A stretch of DNA of 64,000 nt from Octopus sinensis (lineage: Eukaryota): NCBI RefSeq assembly GCF_006345805.1, contig NC_042998.1, forward strand, positions 53,506,001 to 53,570,000, in the 5' to 3' direction. A program made the translations under genes and the position numbers. This document shows, piece after piece, positions 38,764 to 53,063 of the stretch (its first letter is position 1; every line of letters begins with the position of its first letter). The notes under the pieces were generated by a model. It made no database searches, was not told the origin of the DNA, and saw nothing but the letters and a program-made list of their open reading frames with translations.

Positions 38764-39114
38764 GGAAACTTTGGAAGAGGTAGGCCTAGGAATATATGAG
38801 ACTAGGTGGTGAAGCATGAACTTTGGATGTTAAATCTCACGGAGGAGATGACAAGTAATCGAGACCTTTGGCAATTTACTGTGCTTGAGAAGACACATGA
38901 AGTCAAGTGAAATCATACTCATGGTTAACGTGAGTAACATGTAAAAGGTAAACCACTTCACTCTTGGAGTGGTTGGCATTAGGAAGGGCATTCAGCTGTG
39001 GAAATCAAGCTAAATCAGACTGGAGCCTGGTATAGCTCTCTAGCTTACCTGTATCAGTCAAACTGTCTAACCCATGTCATATGGAAAATGGATGCTAAAT
39101 GATGATGATGATGA
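38764..39114 (+). mobile_element. Older RTE 3' fragment of the same family as 21367-25052
   Basis: GRGRPR..VVKHEL..LTEEMTSNRDLW..VLEKT..K* followed by a short UTR and (GAT)n. Confidence 0.85.
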
Positions 39115-39849
39115 TATAATTTACTGTTCTGTTATAAGTAGGATCAATAAAATATATATGTAGTCACGGATGTGGGCATATGCATAGATGATGTATGTAC
39201 ACACATGTGAGTATTCATCTTTGGAATTAATTTATTTAATTTACAACATTGAGAATTGTATGAAATCCAGATTTCTGTTAGCCGTTATCGACTCACTTGT
39301 ATAACAGGAAATGAGATATGATCTATTCTTTCGTGTACCATATACCATGTTCATTTACTGAAACATCTTTAATAGCTATTCTTATGGATTCTAAAGCGAG
39401 ATTATGTTCATTTCTTACTTTTACTTCTGATCATTAAAAGGCTAAGACAACGTTTAGTATATTTGATATCAAAACTTTAAATCACCAAGCTGCTGCTTCT
39501 TAATTTCAAGGTCTATAAGTGTTGTGTAACTTTAAATTCTATTGAGTTACCTAACATTTGGAAGCTAATTCACAATTCACTCGTTTCTTGCAAGAAGAAT
39601 TCAATTACCTTTATTGTCATAAATTCTTCATTCACATTCTTATAAATGTGTCGTCAGTTGTTCCGATCAGGCAGCTAGCATTTTCTTTTTATCCAACATA
39701 TCCAATCATCACAAATTAGTTGCCACTTGCTCTGTTTGTTTATTTGATTGTTTCCTGTGCTGCTCAATATCCAATATTTCAGAAGTTACTGTAACCAGTA
39801 ACTCCAAGCATTGCATTAATAATTTCTTAGCAAATATGTATCACAGAGA

Positions 39850-40170
39850 GACAGAGAGAAAATTGTCAGAAGCTGCTGGGAAAGTAAGCCATTACATTTG
39901 ACTCAAGAGAGGGGAGGAGCGGTGCAGCAAGAAGGATCATTGCGGATGATAGAAACATCTGGCCCAGAGTCACAACATCTGACTCAATAAAGCCTATGCT
40001 GTTGTGTTGGAATTTTGTTGCCTACATTTGCGGGTGACCCTGGGCAGCTGTGGTGTTATGGCAGAAGTGGCCAAAACACCTATGGAGCATCTTCACTCCT
40101 TGGTATGACATTAATGCCTGCATTTGAAGAGAGAGCACAGCAGTACTGTCAGCATGCAAGTGTTTTCCAT
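39850..40170 (+). mobile_element. Possible HERO/NeSL-like RLE retrotransposon 3' end
   Basis: KLSEAAGKVSHYI*LKRGEE resembles the LSEAAEKASxWxWLKR C-terminus, followed by a GC-richer UTR with GGTGTT..AACACC. Confidence 0.45.
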
Positions 40171-40197
40171 AAATGTAAGGAATATACATACATATAT

Positions 40198-40577
40198 AGC
40201 ACAAGCATGGCTGTGTGGTAAGACACTTACTTCTCAACCACTTGGTTCTGGGTTCAGTCTCATTTCATGGCATCTTTGGCAAGTGTCTTCTACTATAGCC
40301 TCAGGCTGACCAAAGCTTTGTGAGTGGACTTGGCAGACAGAAATTGAAAGAAGCCCATCTTGTGTGTGTGTATGTGTTTATCCCCCATCACAGCTTGACA
40401 GCTGGTGTTGGTGGGTTTACATCCTCAAAAATTAGCAGTTTGATAAAAGAGACTGATAGAATAAGTGCTAGGCTTCAAAAATAAATCCTGGGTCGATTTC
40501 TGCAATGCAACTAAAACTCTTCAAGGTGGTACTCCAGCATGGCCACAGTCAAATGATTTAAACAAGTAAAAGAATAA
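40198..40577 (+). mobile_element. SINE family B, older copy
   Basis: Aligns to family B. Confidence 0.85.
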
Positions 40578-41200
40578 ACGGATACATTTACACACACACA
40601 CACACACATGCACATTCTTCAACAAGAATAGTATTGATAGTGTCTTCAGAGTTTTGGCCAGCAAAACCATCACTGGACTGCAATGTATTGAAGTTAATCT
40701 CGGCTTCATATAGTCTCTGTTAAGATCAAATTTTTCTGGGGTTTGTTGTATTCAGTTGAAAGATAATCTGGTTGTAGGGTAGGTTGTGATGGAGAGATGT
40801 TGTGGAGAAATTTTTATTGATTATATCTGGGGTTATGTTATTTTTTCAAAATTTATTCATGCATGAAGAACGTTGTAAAGAGGTGTGTATATTTAGGTGT
40901 GTTAGCTTTAGGTCATGGGATTGCTTTTAGTGGTTCAAAAAAGGATGTTGGTAGGTAGAGAAAATTTTTTGGCCAGTGAATGTATCCTTAGTTTTAGTTA
41001 CTTATTGGAGTTTATCCTTTGCTTTGGCAATGTAAATGTCAAAGATGTAAAGTTTAGCCCAGCACTTAAAAACTTAGTAAGTGGGTTTGTTACTAATTGC
41101 TTTTATTATAACTGATGATCTTTTCGCTTTGATCGGCAGATTTTAAAAATAATTTCTTTGTAACTAAACACATTTAAACTTCGTATACTGGTAGAATGTG

Positions 41201-42140
41201 TGTGAGGTGGTATCAAAGAAATTCCTGGACTAGTTCTGTAGTATACCAAAAGATAGCAGCGCACAGTTTTGTTCACAGTGAAAGCTCACAGTGAACTTCA
41301 TGAAGCAGTGAGTTGAGTGACATTGCTGCATTTACTTCACAAGTTGTGAAATTTGTATTTATGTGATCATGTGTATGCTGTAGTCTGTGATTTTATCATA
41401 GACAGGAACAAAGAACCAATGTGAAATTTTGTGTTAAATTTGGGAAGTCTGCTACAGAAGCATTGAGCATGCTTTGGCAAGCTTATGGTGATATGGCAAT
41501 GGGTTGTATGCAATGTTTTGAGAAGCATAGGTGCTTCAAATGTCAAAGAATGTTCCTAGAAGACAAAGAATGATCTGGAAGACCTGCCATGAGTGTCACC
41601 TCAAGAAATGTGGAATTATGCATCAATAATTCTTTCCCCAAGGCCAGACCATCAATCAAAAATTCTATTGCAACGCTTTGAAGCATTTGAGAGAGGACAT
41701 TTGATGAAAGTGATGGGATCAGAGTGGCATGAAGAATTGGATTCTTCATGGCAACAATGTGCCTTGTCGCAGAGCTCTCCTCACTCATGAGTTTCTCATT
41801 GCTTCTGATCCTACCTTATTCACCAGATGTAGCACCTGCAGACATTCATCTCTTCCCCCAAGATGAAAATGCAGCCCAAAGGTCACCGTTTTAACATCAT
41901 TGTTGAGATACAGAGAAAATTGCAGAATGTCCTAGACTCACATATGGAAAATGATTTCCAGGCCAGCACGAAAAGCGGATGTTAAACGATGATGATGATG
42001 ATGATGATAATTCCAAAAGTGTCTGGAATGCTGGGACTAGTGTATTGCTGAGCAAAGTGACTGTTTCAAAACTTAAGTAAAAAAAAAAGTTATTTGTTTT
42101 AAACATAGCTTGTTCTGGAACCTTTTGACACCACCTTGTA
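41201..42140 (+). mobile_element. mariner transposon, internally deleted, both TIRs present; short RTE tail inserted at about 41960-42008
   Basis: TIRs GAGGTGGTATCAAAG and CTTTTGACACCACCTTG; HTH region EQRTNVKFCVKFGKSATE..AYGD..SGRP; later GQTINQKFY and KGHRF. Confidence 0.85.
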
Positions 42141-43203
42141 CATGATTCTAGCTTACAAAATACCAACAGCAGAAAGTACAATAATGACAATTGAAGGAAC
42201 CAAAATAGTCTACTGGTGACAGTAGTATTAAAGCAAAATAAGTTTTAGAAATAATTGCTCATCTACTATATCAGCTAGCATGGGGGAAAAAAAACAAATT
42301 ACATTTTGCTTTTGATACTACTACTACTACTACTACTACAATGTAATCAACAACAACGTTGATGATGATGTCGATGATGATGATGGTGGTGGTGGTGGTG
42401 GTGGCGGCAGCGGTGCTGGTGGCGGCGGCGGTGGTGGTGGTAATGGTTGTGTTGGTGGTGATAAAAAGAAAAATACAGAGAATATGTTAATGGTGAGAGT
42501 GAATGATAGCATTAATCTCTATTTGTTTAAACCCTTTGGATTATTCTCTTCATAAATCTCCCTCAAACTTCCTGTTGTTCTATGATCTAAAGCTCTTTCT
42601 TTAGTTTAAAGAATTCATATTTAAATTAAAACTTCCCATAATTTTATAGTAAAATCTTTTGTGAAGTTATGTTTCAAACACCTCTTTGATAACAAACAAA
42701 ATTAGTTATTTTACTAAATTCTTCCAAGATCTTCATTATTTCAGAAATTAATTAAAAGTCTTTGGCTGTAAGTGTTTTTCATTGGTGTTTTATTTTGTGC
42801 AACACATTTTGATTTTATTAAACACTGATTGATCCTGGCAATCACCAGAAAAGGCTGAGAGAAATATTTGTATGGCATGGTTTTTTTGCCACTAGCAGTC
42901 TAAAAGTGTCACATCTAGTCTGTGCATCTTAATGTTATCGTTGAAAGAATGAAACAAAATCACCCAAAAGAAAACCAAGGGTGAATTATTTTTTAATACA
43001 TTGGAGTTATTCTTTTTGGAGTGGGGCAAAAAGTTCAAGATGATATAGAGGATATTTTCTTGTAGAGTGGATTTGGGGCTGTGGGATGAGGTGGGTAGAG
43101 ATTCAAGGCATAGAGATGGAAAACTGTGGGAAAGGATCGATATGAAAATTCATGTGTGGTTATGTACATATACAAATGCATGAAATGTATGCATGTGTAT
43201 ATA

Positions 43204-43555
43204 GGCACATGGCTCAGTGGTTAGAGCATCGGGCTCATAATCACAAGGTAGGGAGTTTGATTCCTGGTCTGGGCTGTGTGTTTTGCTCTTGAACAAGTCT
43301 CTTTATTTGAGCAAGACATTTTAATTCATGTTGTTCCAGTCCACTCAGCTGTAGAAATGAGTTGCAATGTCACTGGTGCTAAGCTGTATCAGTCTTCATG
43401 TTTCCCTTGAATAACATCGGTTGTGTGGAAATGGGAGGCTGGCATGCATGGCAACTGGTCTTCCATAAACAACTTCTGCCAGACTTGTCCCTCAGAGGGT
43501 AACATGCAATCCTATGGTCATTCTTGACCAAAGAGGGTCTTTATCCTTTTACCCT
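43204..43555 (+). mobile_element. SINE family C
   Basis: Aligns along its length to the reverse complement of 16712-17049. Confidence 0.85.
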
Positions 43556-43732
43556 TTTACCAACAGAAGAACATATTGGATAAAAAGTCAAAGATAAACT
43601 TTATCTGAAAAGATGTGATGGTTGTGGTTAGATTGTCTTTGATCAATAGTCTGCTTGGTCAGGGCTAGACAAAAGCAAAAGCTTCCCTTTCACCTCTTCA
43701 TGTCAATACAATTGAGTCAACTTAATGTTGTA

Positions 43733-44962
43733 TCAGGTAATCCCATAAGTAATATCTGGATTTTAAATAAGGAAAACAAGTGATCATCAATATATTTTCC
43801 ATAGTTATTTATGACATCTTTCTATCTACTCAAACTTTTAACCCCATCAGTGAAAAACTTTTGGTTTTGAAAAGAAGTCTGAAAGGTCAGTTTTGACTTC
43901 TTGAAAGAGCAGTTTTGAGAGTCAATCGATCTAAATTATTCTTTCTGTAAACTATGGAACAAAGGGTAATCTGAAGGAGCAAGGTCTGGTGAATAAGGTA
44001 GCAGCCAACTTCTTCGATCTTGCAGTGTTGGGGTCTTGCATTATAGCGATGAAACATTACTCCCTTTCAATTCACTAAAGCAGTCCTTTTTTCTCCAATG
44101 CAGTGTTCAAATGCTCTAATTGCTGACAGTAAATTTGAGTATTAATTGTTGGTAGCATCTCAAAGTGGATGACTACTTTGCAATCTCAGCAAATAGAGAG
44201 AAGTACTTTCTTCGCATGGAGTTCCCTTTTCGGTTGTGGTTGTACCTTTTCCCCTTCACCAAGCAATGACTAGGACACTCAACATTTTGATAAAAGATCC
44301 ATTTTTCATCATCGGTCACCCGTCTGTCCAAACAGGGCAAGATGAGTTCAGGAGAATGAAGAGAAGAGCAGATATCCACTCGGGATTTGTGGTTGGCTTC
44401 AGACAAATCACAAGGTACCCATTTCAACCCAACACAACACAAGGTACCCATTTCAACCCAAGCTGTTGAAGATGGTAGTGAACAGTTGTATGGCTTGAAC
44501 GAAGCTTGCTTGACAATTCTTCAACTGAAACTACATGAACTTTTTCAACTTCTGCCAAAAGGATCTTGACATCAAACTCAATTGGACATCCTGTTTGGGT
44601 CCCATCTTCAAGGCTGAAATCTCCACTTCTGAATTTTACAAACCATCTTCTGCAAGTTCTTTCATTCAGGCATTCTGCTCCATAAGCTGAGTGAATATTT
44701 CGAGTTGCTTCAACTGTGAAGTTCCCCTTTTAAAATTCATAAAGCATTATGCACCTCAAATGTTCCTCAGACACTTCCATGTTTGAAGAGCTATAATTAG
44801 TAAAATTTCAATTAGATTATCCTGCAAAATGAAATTTAATTAGTTTAGATATGTCCAAATACCTATAAATATTACTTGATGCCATTAGACATTCTAAAAT
44901 ACTGTAAAGCATTTACAAATTGAAAATATAGAAGTCCGGACATTACTTATGGGATGACTTGG
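43733..44962 (-). mobile_element. Near full-length mariner relic (about 1230 bp) with TIRs and TA TSD
   Basis: TIRs TCAGGTAATCCCATAAGTAATATCTGGA and TCCGGACATTACTTATGGGATGACTTGG, TA on both sides; ORF remnants MEVSEEHLRCIMLYEF, KWVPCDL, VTDDEKWIFY. Confidence 0.92.
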
Positions 44963-45360
44963 TAAATAGGCACAATGAAAATGTATTCCCTGTATGAAAC
45001 AGCTTCATAGTATGAAACAATTTCACTCTGTAATTAGTAGGTGTTTCATTAATTCATATCATTAAATCCAAGTGTGAATTTATATAGAATCATTTATAGC
45101 AACTAGTTCTAATATAATTCTGTCAAAGTAGGTTCAACATGTATGAACTTTTAAAGTAGAATTTATTTCTAATTATTCTTAAGTTGAAGTATGTATTGTT
45201 GTTTAACTCTTATTCAGCTCTGATTTCGTAGATCTATGTATAATGAAGTGTGTCCCATTTGTATTGTGCGCCTTCTTTGTCTTGAAGTAAATACCAATGC
45301 AGAAGCAGCACACTATAATTTGATTAAAAGTCTTTTAATAAAAATAATTATCCTATTATA

Positions 45361-45761
45361 GGTGTAGGAGTAGCTGTGTGGTAAGTAGCTTGCCTATCAA
45401 TCACATGGTTGTGGGTTCAGCCCCACTGCGTGGCACCTTGGGCAAGTATCTTCTGCTATAGCCTCAGGTTGATCAAAACCTTGTGAATGGATTTGGTAGA
45501 CAGAAACTGAAAGAAGCCCGTTGTATATATATATATATATATGTATGTGTGTATGTGTTTGTGTGTCTGTATTTGTCGCCCTAACATCGCTTGACAACCG
45601 ATGGTGGTGTGTTTATGCCCCCTAACTTAGCAGTTCGGCAAAAGAGACCGATAGAATAAGTACTAGGCTTACATACAATAAATCCTGGGGTCGATTTGCT
45701 TGACTAAAGGCGGTGATCCAGCATGGCTACAGTCAACTGACTGAAACAAGCAAAAGAGTAA
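45361..45761 (+). mobile_element. SINE family B, full length
   Basis: Aligns to family B. Confidence 0.9.
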
Positions 45762-46881
45762 CTGTAGATTTGTTATATGTAGAGGAATAAATCTAATGCT
45801 ATGGAAACGGAATAAAATTCTTATTTATATTAGTTAACAATTTCAAATTCAACTGTGCTTTTCTCTAAAAATGCTTAAAACAATTAAAAGCTACATTTCC
45901 CCATAGTATTGGAATAGTAAATATTGTGAAATATGCTTACTTGCAGTAAAGTGATGAAATGTTTTTTTCATTCACACAGTTTTTGTTATTTGGGTTTGAT
46001 ACTGCAAACTTAATATTACAAATTAATACTTTCTTAGGACCCCAAGGCAGTCAATGTAACTTCTGCCAAGAAGAGTCTATTGTCTGTACATCTAATAAAA
46101 TACATAATGAGGTAAAAGCCAATATGAAAATAATGATGATTATAAAATTAATGACAAACTGCTTGGCTGTGTTGTATAATTGATTAAATATATCAGCAGT
46201 ATTGTTGATAAAAGAATTTTGCCTGAAAATTAGTTGGAACAATGAGGATATGAAATTCTGAGCCGGCAAGGAAATAGATATTTTAATAGCATTTAATGTT
46301 TATGTTTGGAACTACTTTGACCATTCTTTGGTCATTATTCTTCAGTAATTACAAATCCACCAATCTAAAAACAAAAGTAATTATTATTATGATGCTTTTA
46401 TTATCTTCTAGGCATTTCCAAATTCAAAATAATTCCCACATTATCATATAAATGAAATTGGTGCTGATTATAAGGCCAAATATGAGAAGTCTGAGAGGAA
46501 GAAGGCCAAATGTCTACAACCATACAATCAGAATAGCGAAAGTTTTAGACACAAAATATCAAATTCCATACTGTTGAAAGATCTAAATTCTGATTAAAAG
46601 GACAAATTTTGATAGACCTAGATTTACGCACTGGCTTATTTCCCTATATCTACACTGTTTTGCTATGAAATATTTGTTTCAAATTTTGATGCAAGGTTAG
46701 CAAAATTTAGAGGTAGGAGATTAGTTAATTTGAATGGTCCTTTGTTTTATCAACCCTGCAAGAATGAAAGGCAGTATTGACCTTGGTGGCATTTGAACTT
46801 AGAATGTAAAGATCCAAAGAAATTCTGTTGAGCATTTTTCTCTGATGAGTCAATGGTTCTGCTATGCATGCCACCTTTCTT

Positions 46882-47030
46882 TGAGCAAATCGACCCCAGA
46901 ACTTGTTCTTTGTAAGCCTAGTACTTATTCTATTGGTCTCTTTTGCCGAACTGCTAAGTTACGGGGACGTAAACACACCAGCATCGGTTGTCAAGCAATG
47001 TTGGGGGGACAAACACAGACACACAAACAT

Positions 47031-47081
<51 letters not shown>

Positions 47082-47250
47082 TATATACAACGTGCTTCTT
47101 TCAGTTTCCGTCTACCAAATCCACTCACAAGGCTTTGGTCGGCCTGAGGCTATAGTAGAAGACACTTGCCCAAGGTGCCACGCAGTGGGACTGAACCCGG
47201 AACCATGTGGTTTTTAAGCAAGCTACTTGCCACACAGCCACTCCTATGCC
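46882..47250 (-). mobile_element. SINE family B, young, 3' end missing, adjoining a family A relic (46675-46878)
   Basis: Aligns to family B with CpGs retained. Confidence 0.88.
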
Positions 47251-49466
47251 TATGTACTGTATATATTTTTAAAATTATTTTCCTAAATTGTATATATTTA
47301 TTTTATAATAAATGCAAAACGACACCATGAAAGAATTGACATAAGCTTAAATAATAAACCATGATAGGTGAACTTTGATATGGTGGGGGATTACCATACT
47401 AATATATAAACTTCAAACTTTTAGTCATTTAGTTTGTTTATGTTTGTAATGAGAGGAAATCAAGGAAAATATTCAATAATGAGAGAATTTCAAGATTAGA
47501 AATATTTGATAAATAAACCAAGTTTTTGTTTTTGTGTCTGTGGGATGATGTCAGCAGCCGAGGAGCTGGCTGGAAGAGGAAGGGGCAGGAGTGACACATG
47601 TGCAGGCAGGGGAGCATTGGGCCTTTTTGATCAGGGTAGCCAACAGAGCTGGACGTGTGAGCACTTTGTCAAGGTAGGGGAAAAGCAGGTCGGGCCACAT
47701 AGAAGGGTGTGTTACCACTGGAGAGGTCTGCGTTGACGAAGAGAAGGTAGATGTCCTTATTTCAAATCTCCCGCATACACCAGAGTGTCCAGTATCATAT
47801 TTCTACAATACACTTTCAATTTATTTTCTAAGTAATTATATCCACCATATTTCACATGCCTTTGTTATTTTAATACAATATCTAAAAAATCCCTTTTAAA
47901 ACTTCAAATATGTCTTCTGAGATGGTTTATCTCATTCATTTTCTCTTAAATAACTCAAAATTCAGACTTTCTTTCAGCATTATGTCATCTAGTATTCTGA
48001 GTTTTCTAATTTTTAATGCTTTTTGTTAGTTTGAGTTTTCAAAGTTTTGGAACCCAGCCTTCTTTTCTTTGAACTTTTAAAAATTTAGCTTTATAACCTA
48101 AATTTGAATAGAAGTAGAAGATAGAGATATAAGAGAATATTTTATCTTAGTTAACCTATAAAATGAAAGTTTGTCTTTTATTAAGAGAAAAGTACTAGGA
48201 AACCTTTGAGAAGTAACAATTTAGTAACAACTTAAGTAAAAATTTCATCTATGTTTTAAGTAGCCAAAGTTCCCTTTCAACAATTTTTCAAGTTGTTTGA
48301 CAATCTTTAATGGTAAACTAAATACATTCACAACAAATTTGTTTCTATTGCTGTCTTTATATTTACTTAAATATGGTGTGTGTGTGTGAGAGAGAGAGAG
48401 ACAGGTGGGGGAGTATATGAGTTTTTAAGAATTTCTCTGTGTAGAAATTGTTATTTAGTACAGTTAATTGGTTATATTAGCCCCTTTACACATTGTTTAA
48501 ATCTCATGTCTCCTTCTTGAAGTTTATTATGTACTCTGATGTCTGTATTTTCCTTCCTCATTTTCTCTCTCTTTACTGCTGGAAAAGGATGCTACTTCAG
48601 TCTGCACACAATTTTACTGAATTCTTATATCCATAGGGCAATAAAAGAAGTAGCTCTATCATTTGGTTTTGTGACAATTTATTATTGGTTGGTAGATAAC
48701 AGAATGCATCAGAAAATTATTTGTTAGATTAATTGGTCTCAGATAGCTTTGACTGAGGGGATACAATTATGTTGAAACACTAGATGTCCTATAGTTTTAT
48801 TAGTTATGAATCAAGTGTGCTATGAATACACATTTGTCTGAAAGGAGAAATTGTTCTCTAGTGATGATACACAATAGCATATTCATATTCAAGTCTGCCA
48901 AAACATATCATGAATGAATATTTGTCATCATTTTGGTTGCTGTTGAATTGTGCACATGATTTGTATCTTCCTTTATGTTTTGTCTTTTACATGTTTCAGA
49001 ATATTGTGGCACTACCTTTGAGAATTTTAGTCAAAAATTTTAATCAAACAAATCAACCGCAGTACTTATTTTTTAGTCTTAAGTCTGGTACATATTCTAT
49101 CAGTCTCTTTTGCTGTACAGCTAAGTTACAGAGCATAAGCAAACCAACACCAGTTAAGTGATCCAAGTTGACCAAAGCCACATGAGTGGGTTCCTACAGA
49201 AGAAGACACTTGTCCAAGGTGCTATTCTGTGGGACTGAACCCAAAGCCACATGGTTGGGAAGCAAGTTTTGTATCACACAATCATGCCTGTATCACACAA
49301 TCAAGCTTTCACTGTTTCATCACTTCACTGATTTATTTATAATCAATAGCAGCAATCTACATGTAAATATTCATAACTAGATATTACTATAGTTTGTTAC
49401 CTTCTGTTAGTATTCTTTCCTTTGGTAGTGCCAACCAATATTCGTGCTACAGTAGAATGTCTAGGT

Positions 49467-49546
49467 CAGTGGTTCCCAACTGGGGATCTGTGCATCCCTA
49501 GTGGTCCACAAAGTAGTACTAAGAGTCCATGAACTAAAATCAAAAA

Positions 49547-49585
<39 letters not shown>

Positions 49586-50086
49586 GCATAGGAGTGGCTG
49601 TGTGGTAAGTAGCTTGCTTACCAACCACATGGTTCTGGGTTCAGTCCCACTACGTGGCACCTTGGGCAAGTATCTTCTACTATAGCCTCAGGCCGACCAA
49701 AGCCTTGTGAGTGGATTTGGTAGATGGAAACTGAAAAGAAGCCCATCGAATATATATATATATATATATGTATGTTTGTGTGTCTGTGTTTGTTGCCACA
49801 ACATCACTTGACAACCGATGGTGGTGTGTTTACATCCCCATAACTTAGCGGTTCAGCAAAAGCAATCAATAGAATAAGTACTAGGCTTACAAAGAATAAG
49901 TCCTGGGGACGATTTGTTCGGCTAAAGGTGGTGCTCCAGCATGGCCACAATCAAATGACTGAAACAAGTAAATATATATATATATATATATATATACATA
50001 AGGATAAGCATATTAAAAGGGGTCCATGTGAAAACACATTTAAATATAAGGGTTGGGAACCACTGTGAAAAGGCTGGGAACCACTG
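49467..50086. mobile_element. hAT (Charlie-type) MITE with 8-bp TSD, containing a SINE B (49585-49972, +)
   Basis: TIRs CAGTGGTTCCCA and TGGGAACCACTG; perfect TSD GTCTAGGT at 49459-49466 and 50087-50094, close to the NTCTAGAN target of Charlie elements. Confidence 0.92.
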
Positions 50087-50745
50087 GTCTAGGTATTTAG
50101 TTCAACCACAAAGAATTCCCCTCTTTTAGCAACTCCAAGTGCAAGTTGCTGCAATATTCAAAGTCATTGCACACATCTATAACACACAGCTGCTATTCCA
50201 TTTTATCATTGCCTGGGGTTGAGTTCTATTTTTCCTTTCTAGAAGCCCTGCATATGCTTGTACGGAGCCTATGATGATGTTTAATAATCACTGATCTTCT
50301 ACTTCAGTTGATGCCAAACAGATGAGAAAATACAAATCACAAATGTTGTGCATTTGATCCACCATCCTCAAATCTCACGTGACTTTCTAAAGTCCTCATA
50401 ACTTAAAACTTGAGAGCTTTCTTTCAGGTACAAAGCCATCTTGCTATCCCAAGGAATGGTCAATCTGACAACTAGAATTATTTTGTAGAAACAGAACATC
50501 ACATCAGATCTGAATGTTGTTTGGTTTTGGCATTGTGACTTAAGAACAATGGTTTATTCCAGGCATAGTCGACCTTTTATGAGAAGCAGGTACGTTCTGA
50601 GTTCAAATTCTGCTGAGTCAACTTTGCTTTTCATCCTTTTGGGGTTGATAAATTATGTACCAGTCGCATAATGATGACGATGATTATATACATACATATG
50701 TATAGGTGTGTGTGTGTGTCTATCTATCTATACACACTCACACAA

Positions 50746-50780
<35 letters not shown>

Positions 50781-50940
50781 CGATGAATATATAGGAATAA
50801 AATATCCAGGTGAGTACTGTAAGAGCTCTCAAGTATATTCCAAATTCTGACTAATTACACCAAGTAGTAAGAAGCATCAAAGATCACTTAGAGTGAGCAA
50901 TCTCACTTCAACTTTTCTGATGGGTAAATGTGTTTGTGTG

Positions 50941-50982
<42 letters not shown>

Positions 50983-50985
50983 CAG

Positions 50986-51016
<31 letters not shown>

Positions 51017-51027
51017 CATACAGACAG

Positions 51028-51076
<49 letters not shown>

Positions 51077-51924
51077 TACATATGCACATACATATATGTA
51101 ATATATAAAGGGTCATACTATTTGAATGAAGATTATATTCACAACCCACAAGCAAGAATATAGGCTTGTTCTTCCTTTTTAAAAATATTTACCGAACATT
51201 CTGCCGTGCAAATTGATTGACTCCAATAAAATTGCTCTCAGTCTCAACTTTATTCATATTCTGTAACATCCTTTCTTCAACCAAACAACAACAACAATAA
51301 CATCAGCAACACCATCTGCTGCTGCTGCTTCTGCAGCCATCTTTTTGCAGTACCATCACAAACAATATTTACAACAACAACAACAACAACAACGATAATT
51401 ATGGCTATCCGTCTACTACTCTCACTACAACCTCAGCCAATACTTATAATTATAATCGAAATGAGACGAGTCAATACTTTCCAACCCAAAACAGTCACTT
51501 AATTAACAGTCTAGCTTTGATTAACAGACAAACATAATTATAAACCGATTTAAATCTTTGCAATTTCCAAGAAGCTCTTCACACCAATCTATCCTTTTTC
51601 TCAACACTTTGTTTTGCTTTCTAATCAGCTGTGCTTTCTTTTCTCCCCCGACAATTTGTCTTCTTCATTATTTTCTTTATCTGTCTTTATCTAATAATTA
51701 AACAAGTTTCTGCCTCTCGTTTTCTCTCCTCTGTCATTTCACTAATGTTTGAACTTTACAGAAACAAGAAACAGAGATTGTCCTTGTTTCATGCAGTGCT
51801 TCCATTTTTGTTTTTCCTTCCACTCCCCTTGCACTGAGTGTACTTTTCCTTTAAAACTTCATAACCTTCTCATTCAGTCATTCGTTCATTCATTCATTCA
51901 TTTAGTCAGTCAGTCAGTCAGTCA

Positions 51925-52560
51925 TCCATCATCATCATCATCGTCATCACTGTTGTCATCATCATCGTCATCATCATTTGTCATCATCTTTGTCACCATC
52001 ATCATCATCATCGTCATTATCATTGTCATCATTATCATCATTGTCATCATCATCATCACCGTCGTCGTCGTCATCATCAGCAGTCATCATCACTGTCATA
52101 ATCATCACTCATCATCGTTGTTGTTACCGTCATCATCATCATCATTTGTCATCATCTTTGTCACCATCATCATCAGTCATCATCATCATCGTCGTTATCA
52201 TTGTCATCATTATTATCATTGTCATCATCATCATCGTCGTCGTCTTCGTCATTAACATCATCAGCAGTCATCATTGTCCTCATCATCATCACCATTACCG
52301 TCATCATTGTTGTTGTTACCATCATCATCATCATCATCGTCACCACTGTCATTGTCATCATCATCATCGTCACCCCCGTCGTTGTCATCATCATCATCAT
52401 CATCATTGTTGTAATCATTGTCATCATCGTCATCATCTTTGTAATCATCATCATCGTTGTCATTATCATCATCGTCATTCTCATCATCATTATTTAATGT
52501 CCGCTTTTCCATGCTTGCCTGAATCAGATAGAATTTGTTGAAGTTGGCTTTCTACACTGC
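51925..52560 (-). repeat. Expanded degenerate (GAT)n array at the 3' end of a minus-strand RTE tail
   Basis: About 570 bp of TCA/TCG/TTG triplets followed by TTTAATGTCCGCTTTTCCATGC. Confidence 0.9.
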
Positions 52561-53021
52561 TTGTACAATGGTGATGCTCCTTTACAACCATTACAAGAAT
52601 GTCAAAACATGATGGGTATACTGGGCTTTATATATTTTACGCCAGTATCACTTTTATGGCATGCACTTCTCTCTCACTCAATGATAATAATAATAATAAT
52701 AATGATGATGATTTCAAATTTTGGTGCAAGGCTAGCAATTTTAGGGGAGGAGTAGGTCAATTACATTGACCCCAGTACTCAACTAGTACTTATTTTAGCT
52801 ATCCTGAAACAACGAAAGACTAAGTCAACCTTCATGAAATTTGAATGCAGAACATAAACACATACAAAATGCAGCTAAGCATTACAACATCTTTTATACC
52901 ATCCAAAACAATGTACATGAAAACACTTCCAATCAGTTAAGATCAGCAGCCATGAGAGCCACTGTCTGGTACTGCATCAGGGCTATTGTACATTATGATT
53001 ATCATTATTATTATCATTATT

Positions 53022-53063
<42 letters not shown>

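Noticed and set aside
46411-46596. Plus-strand exon after TTCTAG with a 55-codon open stretch
   Set aside because: Every frame from the acceptor hits a stop early; no recognisable protein.
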